Below, piece by piece: positions 57,626 through 64,000 of a stretch of DNA of 64,000 nt (position 1 is the stretch's first letter; each line of letters starts with the position of its first letter). Source of the DNA: Bdellovibrio sp. (GTDB lineage: Bacteria > Bdellovibrionota > Bdellovibrionia > Bdellovibrionales > Bdellovibrionaceae); NCBI GenBank assembly GCA_036677065.1, contig JAKFBS010000011.1, positions 96,001 through 160,000 on the forward strand, in the 5' to 3' direction. The notes beneath the pieces were generated by a model. The model searched no databases, was not told the origin of the DNA, and was given only the letters and a program-made list of their open reading frames with translations. The translations under genes were made by a program, and so were the position numbers.

Positions 57626-58078
57626 CTATTTAGTGGTTTTAACCCAAACACATTCATCAGACCATTTTTGAAATTTAAAAGCTGAATTTTCAAAATGCAG
57701 AGTTTCAACTGATTTTGGCAATATCACTTGTTGTAAATGCTTATCACGCGAAAGTTTAACTGCAATTTCAACAAGTTCGGCTTCGATTTTAAAATTTTCG
57801 GCTGAAATCATCTCAACCCATAGGGTTTGCGTATGCCCTTGAAAAAACAAAAATGGCTGGCCAAGAAAAAATCCATGAATTTTTTGATTTTCATCGTAAG
57901 CAATAAAGCTCCAGCCCAACTTTAAGTAATGCTCAAGGGCTTCTTTGCGAAAACGCGAATTCCACACTTGCATCATTAGTTCCATATCATCAGGAAACTG
58001 AATACGTAGTTTATCTTCAGCAAATTGATAGACTTGCTGAACATCTGTAATTTGGGCGATGCGGTAGTTTATAGACAT
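57626..58078 (-). CDS. Hypothetical protein, possible GNAT-like fold
   Basis: YRIA...D, SFIA.....IHGF and TLWVE. Confidence 0.55.
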   Translation of the reverse strand: MSINYRIAQITDVQQVYQFAEDKLRIQFPDDMELMMQVWNSRFRKEALEHYLKLGWSFIAYDENQKIHGFFLGQPFLFFQGHTQTLWVEMISAENFKIEAELVEIAVKLSRDKHLQQVILPKSVETLHFENSAFKFQKWSDECVWVKTTK

Positions 58079-58139
58079 TTGTCTATTTGAACTTAATTTT
58101 TTACTAGAGCCAAGTCCTAACCGGATGTAGCATTAGTGT

Positions 58140-58886
58140 GTGAATTACAAACCATACCCTAATGAATTTTGGACAAATATCGAAAAAACTATTCTCGAGT
58201 TAAAAAATGCGCAAAAGCCGCTAATCGCCGCCTTTGATGCTGACGGAACTCTCTGGGATACAGATCTTGGTGAAAATTTCTTTCACCATCAGATTGATCA
58301 TAAACAAGTGCCTTTGCCCCCGAATCCTTTTGAGCACTATCTTGAGATGAAAAAAATCAATAATGACCCACGCCAAGCTTACCTGTGGCTTGCACAAATT
58401 AATCAGGGTAAATCAGTCGAACAAGTTCGCACATGGGCAAAAGAAGCCTTCGAAAACATCAAACCTAACCCAATCTTTGCTGAACAACAAAGATTGATCG
58501 AATTATTAAAAAACCACGGTGTAAAAATTTATATTATTACCGCTTCGATCAAGTGGGCTGTCGAGCCAGGCGCGATCGCTATCGGTTTAGATGCCGATAA
58601 TGTAATTGGTGTAGAAACGGCGATCAAAGATGGAATCATCACTGACACTCCGATTTTACCAATCACTTACCGCACCGGAAAAGTCGAAGCCTTGTTAGCG
58701 CAAACAAAACAAGCGCCATTTTTAGCCAGCGGCAACACTATGGGTGATTTCGAATTACTGGAATGTGCTACTCACTTACGTTTAGCCGTCAGCGCAGCGT
58801 CTCGCGATGATCGTTTATTTAAAACTGAACTCGAACTTGCGAATGAAGCAAAAAATAAAAACTGGATGCATCACCGTTTTATTTGA
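58140..58886 (+). CDS. HAD-superfamily hydrolase
   Basis: AFDADGTLW, ITAS, GK and GN..GD. Confidence 0.87.
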   Translation: MNYKPYPNEFWTNIEKTILELKNAQKPLIAAFDADGTLWDTDLGENFFHHQIDHKQVPLPPNPFEHYLEMKKINNDPRQAYLWLAQINQGKSVEQVRTWAKEAFENIKPNPIFAEQQRLIELLKNHGVKIYIITASIKWAVEPGAIAIGLDADNVIGVETAIKDGIITDTPILPITYRTGKVEALLAQTKQAPFLASGNTMGDFELLECATHLRLAVSAASRDDRLFKTELELANEAKNKNWMHHRFI

Positions 58887-58897
58887 TAAGGAAGCCT

Positions 58898-59281
58898 ATG
58901 TTAAATCTTGTTAAAAATCTTTGTATTATCTTTATCGCAGTTGCTATTGCCCTACTGCTTTATACTCGCGTAAAAAAAGAATACGCGGCTGATCAAAAAC
59001 ACAAGCAGGATTACACAAGAGCTCTTCAAGTAAAAAAAGAAATCATTAAATACAAAAAACCAGCGCGTGTAGAAATCGAAACGTTTACAAAACGTTATCA
59101 AAAAGACTTAGAAGATATTAAAGCGTTAAAAATTCCATTAGATGAAAATGCGGGTCACTACATGCAGGTGCAGTTATTCAGCGAAGATACAGATGAAACT
59201 TCGCCATTGATATTACAAATAAAATTTAAGGATGTTAAATCAAATGCCCTGATCAAAGAAGAGAGCATTAATCTCGAATAG
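58898..59281 (+). CDS. Membrane-anchored hypothetical protein
   Basis: AAGGA RBS and N-terminal transmembrane helix. Confidence 0.65.
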   Translation: MLNLVKNLCIIFIAVAIALLLYTRVKKEYAADQKHKQDYTRALQVKKEIIKYKKPARVEIETFTKRYQKDLEDIKALKIPLDENAGHYMQVQLFSEDTDETSPLILQIKFKDVKSNALIKEESINLE

Positions 59282-59288
59282 GCCCAGG

Positions 59289-60629
59289 CTAGCGTGTGCT
59301 AGCCATTAGTTTTTCGATCTCATCAACTTCTTTAGGTACTCCAGCTGTCATATTTTCACAGCCTTTTTCAGTCACTAGAATATTATCTTCAATACGGATT
59401 CCGATACCACGTAACTCTTCAGGAGCCGTCATATCATTGGCCGGAATATAAAGACCAGGCTCTACCGTGAACACCATACCAGCTTCGATCGGGCGCGCTT
59501 CACCTTTGATCATGTACATTCCAGAATCATGCACATCCATACCTAACCAGTGGCCGATGCCGTGTGGATAGTACTTACGATGTTCGTTAGCTTTCATGAT
59601 GTCTTCTTTACGGCCGCGCACTAAGCTTAATTCGATCATTAGATCAGTCAAACGGCTTTCGCCCATCGCATGTAAATCTTTAAAATAAATTCCAGGTTTG
59701 ATGTAATCAATAATCTCTTTTTGGATTTTTAAAACACCTTCATAAACTTTTTTCTGAATTGGTGTAAAACGACCATTCACCGGAAAAGTTCTTGTGATAT
59801 CGCCAGAGTAGAAATTCATTTCACAACCAGCATCGATTAATAATAACTCACCGTTTTCACAAACTTGGTCATTAAAGTTATAATGTAGGGTTGTCGCATT
59901 GTTACCACTGGCTACGATGAAGTTATAACCTTCACGGCCTGAATTATTTGAATAGAATGAATGCGTAAGCACGGCTTGCACTTGGCGCTCAGTGACTCCT
60001 GGGCGAGTGAATTTCATGGCTTCAACATGAGCTTTTGCTGAAATCTCGCAAGCTGCACGCTGATTGCGAAGATCATCTTCATTTTTACGTAAACGAAATT
60101 CACCTAAAAATGTGTCAGCATCTTTAATAGATAATAAACCATAACCAGAACGGCCATAAGCACGTTTTAAATTTAATAAAATATTTTGCACCTGACGGTC
60201 TGCTTCTGGATTTTTGAATAGGCGGTAATATAAATCTTCATAGCCTTTTAAAAGTTCGACAGCTTTTTTTTCGAACTCTTCAATTGGATAAACTTCATCA
60301 ATTAAAAATTCTTTTTTTGTGCCTTCTGGTCCAAAACGAAATCCATCCCATGTTTCACGCTCAACATTTTTTTGGCGCACGAACATCACTGATTCAGGTG
60401 TTTTACCTGGGCGTAATAATAAAAAAGCTTCTGGCTCTTCAAAACCGGTTAAATAATACATATTTGAATCTTGGCGGTACGGATAATGAACATCATCGTT
60501 TCTGACATGTTCTGGATGTGCCGCAACTAATAAAGCTGCATTATGAAGACCCGCCATTACTTTTTGACGGCGACGTTTAAAAATTTCTGCATTTTCGGTC
60601 GACTTGCGAGTCGCTTTGCTAATTGCCAT
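59289..60629 (-). CDS. pepP: Xaa-Pro aminopeptidase P
   Basis: YRQDS...YLTGF.EP, LHY, LIDAG, DITRTFP, HG.GH.LG.DVHD, EPGLY and GIRIED. Confidence 0.95.
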   Translation of the reverse strand: MAISKATRKSTENAEIFKRRRQKVMAGLHNAALLVAAHPEHVRNDDVHYPYRQDSNMYYLTGFEEPEAFLLLRPGKTPESVMFVRQKNVERETWDGFRFGPEGTKKEFLIDEVYPIEEFEKKAVELLKGYEDLYYRLFKNPEADRQVQNILLNLKRAYGRSGYGLLSIKDADTFLGEFRLRKNEDDLRNQRAACEISAKAHVEAMKFTRPGVTERQVQAVLTHSFYSNNSGREGYNFIVASGNNATTLHYNFNDQVCENGELLLIDAGCEMNFYSGDITRTFPVNGRFTPIQKKVYEGVLKIQKEIIDYIKPGIYFKDLHAMGESRLTDLMIELSLVRGRKEDIMKANEHRKYYPHGIGHWLGMDVHDSGMYMIKGEARPIEAGMVFTVEPGLYIPANDMTAPEELRGIGIRIEDNILVTEKGCENMTAGVPKEVDEIEKLMASTR

Positions 60630-60638
60630 ACACTATCC

Positions 60639-61580
60639 TTACAACCGATATTTATCGGCGATTTTCTTAACCTGACTGTAACCTAATTCAGAGCCTTTGA
60701 CCATGATATCGCGGCGTTTATCAAAATCATCGATATCGTAATCGCTTAGATCAATATCAATAACTTCATCGATGCCTGGGTTTTTCTTAGCGATAGAGGC
60801 TGCAAACTGCCCCCAGATCTGGTTTTCAGCCGAATCAGCTGATTTAATGATGCTTGAGTCATTTTTACCCGCGATCACGTTGATCAAAATGATCTTATTC
60901 ACACCCGTAGCTTTTAAATGCTGGATCGTTAAATTCAGATCAGTCAAATTAGCAACACTATTGCCAAAGGGTTTTACGATACCCGCTGAAGGTATACAGA
61001 ATGGTAAAAACTGATCAACCTGACCGCGGTTTAACATGTAACTAGTTTTAGTTTTTAAATTCACTGATGGACAAACGAACGGCATTTTAAAATCTTGCGT
61101 GGTTTTACGGCCGAAAGCTGCTTGCACGAATTCTTGCCAGTCATCAATATCTTTAAATTTGGCTAATTCCCATTCAACTTCATTTACTGAAGCGTTTTGC
61201 GCAAAACTTGCGGCCACAACTGAACCCCATTCAATGCCAGCAACACTGATCACCGGAAATTTAAATTTTTGCATTTCTTTTAAAACGCCGACATGCGCCC
61301 AAGCTTTAGCTCCACCTGCAGAAAAGATAATTCCAAACTTAGGAAGCCCTTTTACCGCACCAGTTGTAAACTGGGGTGTAATAATTTGTGGAGTCACAAC
61401 TACGGGAGCCGAAACTGTAGGTAGCGCCGGTGTTTGTTGAGTTATCGTCGTTGTAGTTCCAGAAGTGACCACCTGGGGAGTAAATGGTTTTGTCGGCTGA
61501 GCTCTGCGCATCGACTGACAACCAAAAGTAAACAGAACTGAAATCAAAGCTAAAAATAGAAAATTATTTTTTACGACCAT
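60639..61580 (-). CDS. Patatin-fold lipoprotein lacking canonical catalytic motifs
   Basis: AAGGAG RBS and lipobox TFGC. SAGGAKAWAHVGVL oxyanion motif is present, but GIEWG replaces GxSxG. Confidence 0.75.
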   Translation of the reverse strand: MVVKNNFLFLALISVLFTFGCQSMRRAQPTKPFTPQVVTSGTTTTITQQTPALPTVSAPVVVTPQIITPQFTTGAVKGLPKFGIIFSAGGAKAWAHVGVLKEMQKFKFPVISVAGIEWGSVVAASFAQNASVNEVEWELAKFKDIDDWQEFVQAAFGRKTTQDFKMPFVCPSVNLKTKTSYMLNRGQVDQFLPFCIPSAGIVKPFGNSVANLTDLNLTIQHLKATGVNKIILINVIAGKNDSSIIKSADSAENQIWGQFAASIAKKNPGIDEVIDIDLSDYDIDDFDKRRDIMVKGSELGYSQVKKIADKYRL

Positions 61581-62301
61581 AAATGAAGAACTCCTTGTTG
61601 CCATCTTTTCCAGTGATCGAACTTTCAAAGTATTTACATTCACATTGAAATAGATTTTCGCAAAGTGAAGTTATGTTCGTTTGGATGGTGTTGTAGACCT
61701 TAGCATCACTGACAATACCATTTTTATCAAGGGCCTGTGGGCCACATTCAAACTGGGGCTTTACGAGCAATAAGAAAAAGCCTTTTGTCTTAAGGAGTGG
61801 TTCCAAAAAGGCAACGACCTTCGTCAGGGAAATAAACGAAACATCGCACACAATCCCATCAAAACGTTCGTTTGCTAAGGCATGAGTTGCAATGTCTTTT
61901 ACATTTAAATTTTCATAATATGTTACACGAGAATCAGATTTAATCTTTTCATGCAACTGCACTGAACCAACATCTAATCCAGTGACATGTTTGGCATCAC
62001 GCTGAAGTAAGGCATCAGTAAAACCACCGGTTGATTGCCCGACATCTAAAATTGTAAGGCCTGTTACATCTTGGTTAACAAAATCCAAAGCCCCCGCAAG
62101 TTTAAAACCGGCACGTGAAACATACTGGTTTAAATTATTTTCTGCGATTGTGATCTCAGAAAACATGTCTTCAATCACTTCAAAACTTGGTTTAGTTAAA
62201 ACTTTATTTTTTAAAAACACTAATCCTTGAGCGATCAAATCTTGCGCTTTCGTGCGAGATTCTATTTTTTTATACTGTACAAGAAAAAGATCTAAACGCA
62301 T
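61564..62301 (-). CDS. tlyA: TlyA family rRNA methyltransferase
   Basis: S4 domain MRLD, YVSRAG.KL, DVG.STGGFTD, DVSFISL and LVKPQFE. Confidence 0.94.
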   Translation of the reverse strand: MRLDLFLVQYKKIESRTKAQDLIAQGLVFLKNKVLTKPSFEVIEDMFSEITIAENNLNQYVSRAGFKLAGALDFVNQDVTGLTILDVGQSTGGFTDALLQRDAKHVTGLDVGSVQLHEKIKSDSRVTYYENLNVKDIATHALANERFDGIVCDVSFISLTKVVAFLEPLLKTKGFFLLLVKPQFECGPQALDKNGIVSDAKVYNTIQTNITSLCENLFQCECKYFESSITGKDGNKEFFIYGRKK

Positions 62302-63159
62302 TTATGCATTTCTATTTTGATTATAAAGAACTAAATCTTTAAGTGGTTGAATATTTAAATGAGCAAGAGATACTAACGCTTGGGTTGAGATTTCAACTTG
62401 TTTTGCTAATTCGGCTTTAGTTTTGTCTAAACCAATCAAGGCGATGTAGCTTTTAAAATCCTGATCTTTATCGCCAGCATCTAAAATATCGTCTTTAATC
62501 TGAAACGCTAATCCGATCGACGAAGCGAAAGCTGCAAAAGCTTTAGTTTCAGTATCATTAGCTTCAGAAATGGCTGCGCCGCCCATAACTGCCGCTTCGA
62601 TAAGAGCACCGGTTTTTAACCGATGCATAAGTTCAACCTGCGAAAGTGTAATATCAGATGTGCTTTTCATATCTAAAACTTGGCCACCGATCATTCCTAG
62701 TGCGCCTGCTTTAGTTGATAGTAACTGAATTAATTGAACAGCTAATTTTGGGTTATGTGCATATTCAAAAGCTAATAAAGACAAAGCTTGGGTCTGAAAA
62801 GCATCACCCGCTAATAGCGCAATGTCTTCACCGAACACTTTATGATTCGTTGCTTTTCCACGTCGAATATCATCGTTATCCATGCATGGTAAATCGTCGT
62901 GAATCAGTGAATAGGTGTGAATCATTTCTGTAGCCATGGCGAAAGCCAAATAATTCTGAGGCTTATTGTAAGCTTTCACCACTAGCGAAGTTAGAAACGG
63001 ACGAAATCTTTTACCACCCGATTCGAACGAGTATTTAAGGCTATCCCATAACACATTAACTTCCGGAAGCTTTTGCGAAAGCTGAGTTAATGAATTTGCA
63101 GCGTACTGATCAAATTCAGCAATAAAGTGGGTTTGTAACTGCAAAAGTTCTGGGGTCAT
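62302..63159 (-). CDS. ispA: Farnesyl-diphosphate synthase / geranyltranstransferase
   Basis: GGKR.RP, HTYSLIHDDLP.MD.D..RRG, KTG and FQI.DDILD. Confidence 0.93.
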   Translation of the reverse strand: MTPELLQLQTHFIAEFDQYAANSLTQLSQKLPEVNVLWDSLKYSFESGGKRFRPFLTSLVVKAYNKPQNYLAFAMATEMIHTYSLIHDDLPCMDNDDIRRGKATNHKVFGEDIALLAGDAFQTQALSLLAFEYAHNPKLAVQLIQLLSTKAGALGMIGGQVLDMKSTSDITLSQVELMHRLKTGALIEAAVMGGAAISEANDTETKAFAAFASSIGLAFQIKDDILDAGDKDQDFKSYIALIGLDKTKAELAKQVEISTQALVSLAHLNIQPLKDLVLYNQNRNA

Positions 63160-63167
63160 ATAAAAAA

Positions 63168-63389
63168 CTAGTTTTCTTCAGAAAATTTTTCGGTAACAGC
63201 ATTACCTTTATCATCAACAGAAACTAATTTTTTAACCTGGGCCTCAGCTGTTGTTAGTTGACCGTGGCAATCACGAGAAAGCTTAACGCCTTCTTCAAAT
63301 AACTTTAAAGAATCATCTAACGATAATTCACCTTTTTCCATTTTTTGTACGATCTCTTCTAAGCGATTTAATTTTTTTTCAAAATCCAT
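63168..63389 (-). CDS. xseB: Exodeoxyribonuclease VII small subunit
   Basis: FE.....LEEIV..ME.GEL.L..SL..FEEG. Confidence 0.94.
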   Translation of the reverse strand: MDFEKKLNRLEEIVQKMEKGELSLDDSLKLFEEGVKLSRDCHGQLTTAEAQVKKLVSVDDKGNAVTEKFSEEN

Positions 63390-63398
63390 CACATACTC

Positions 63399-64000
63399 CT
63401 ATTTAATATTTTTAACTTCTGTTTCAATTGTTCCGTCAGCAACTTTGATTGCCAGTAAGTCGCCGACTTTCACTTGTTTCACTGACTTCACAACGTCTTT
63501 ACCTTTGGTCGTAATGCTATAACCGCGATCTACAACCTTCAGCGGACTTAATGAATCCAATAACGCCATTGCACTTTCAACACGAAACTTAAATTGCGTC
63601 AGATTTTTTGTAAGACTATTGCTTAATTTTTGCTGACGCTGCTGCAATGAAACTTTTTTAATTTCGATAACTTGTTTTGGCGAAACCAACCGTGAACGCA
63701 ACAACTGGATATCACGGCGCGCATGCGATAAGTAATTCGTCATCGCCAGATCCATGCGGGAATACAAATCATCATTGCGGATAAATAAATCCTGCAATTT
63801 CTTTTTAGGATCTACTAAGCGTTTTGCCTGTAATAACAATGATTGCTGCTTGTGCTGCAAGCGACGCTGAATCGCTAAACGTAATAATCTTTCAAGTTGC
63901 TCTAATTTATTGATAATCTCGACAGAGCTTTTCGCCACTAATTCAGCAGCAGCTGATGGGGTCGGTGCACGCAGATCGGCAACGAAATCACAAATGGTAA
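63399..64000 (-). CDS. xseA: Exodeoxyribonuclease VII large subunit (3' part, runs off the window)
   Basis: TICDFVADLRAPTPSAAAE in frame at the window edge; LSPL..V.RGYS. Confidence 0.93.
   Translation of the reverse strand, partial: TICDFVADLRAPTPSAAAELVAKSSVEIINKLEQLERLLRLAIQRRLQHKQQSLLLQAKRLVDPKKKLQDLFIRNDDLYSRMDLAMTNYLSHARRDIQLLRSRLVSPKQVIEIKKVSLQQRQQKLSNSLTKNLTQFKFRVESAMALLDSLSPLKVVDRGYSITTKGKDVVKSVKQVKVGDLLAIKVADGTIETEVKNIK

Noticed and set aside
61564..62301. TlyA as a haemolysin or toxin
   Set aside because: S4 plus methyltransferase motifs and the housekeeping context fit rRNA 2'-O-methylation.
26571..62304. In-frame stop-then-start junctions (panB/panC, FIST/kinase, ispA/tlyA) as possible readthrough fusions
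   Set aside because: All use TAA with no recoding signal, and each partner is a complete stand-alone protein. Simple tight packing explains them.
596..62933. The many 60-130 aa ORFs nested in or antisense to recognised genes
   Set aside because: They are shadow frames of well-supported CDSs, with no RBS or motif support.
1..64000. CRISPR array, tRNA/rRNA, prophage, integron or recognisable anti-phage defence system
   Set aside because: I saw no spaced direct repeats, cloverleaf or rRNA signatures, phage structural genes, integrase or defence domains. Intergenic gaps are all under about 260 bp except the rnpB locus. This was a by-eye scan and could miss weak signals.

Overview
Gene-dense, AT-rich (about 38-40% GC by eye) bacterial chromosome segment. 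Gene content suggests a predatory Bdellovibrionota (Bdellovibrio/Pseudobdellovibrio-like) genome; this is an inference from a SpeD-SpeE fusion, Pif1 helicase, cN-II-type nucleotidase, DUF4360 and many secreted orphans. Most of the window is core metabolism: a pantothenate/CoA operon (panG-like, panB, panC, coaBC, coaX, panD), Phe/Tyr catabolism (phhA, hppD, hmgA), a leucine-catabolism liu cluster, ribD, glpD, pepP, sodB, xseA-xseB-ispA-tlyA and the RNase P RNA gene. I saw no CRISPR array, prophage, rRNA or tRNA, and no obviously new multi-gene system. The best signals are non-coding: (1) seven correctly oriented sigma54-type TGG-N8-TTGCT boxes upstream of mostly secreted or orphan genes and of a degenerate REP-associated (RAYT-like) transposase; (2) a stem with two bulged A residues that overlaps the RBS of the pan operon and resembles the pan RNA motif; (3) two copies of a REP-like 15-mer plus covarying hairpin; (4) an unannotated 21-codon ORF with a strong RBS; (5) many apparently leaderless genes. 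All calls come from reading motifs by eye; no database searches were run.
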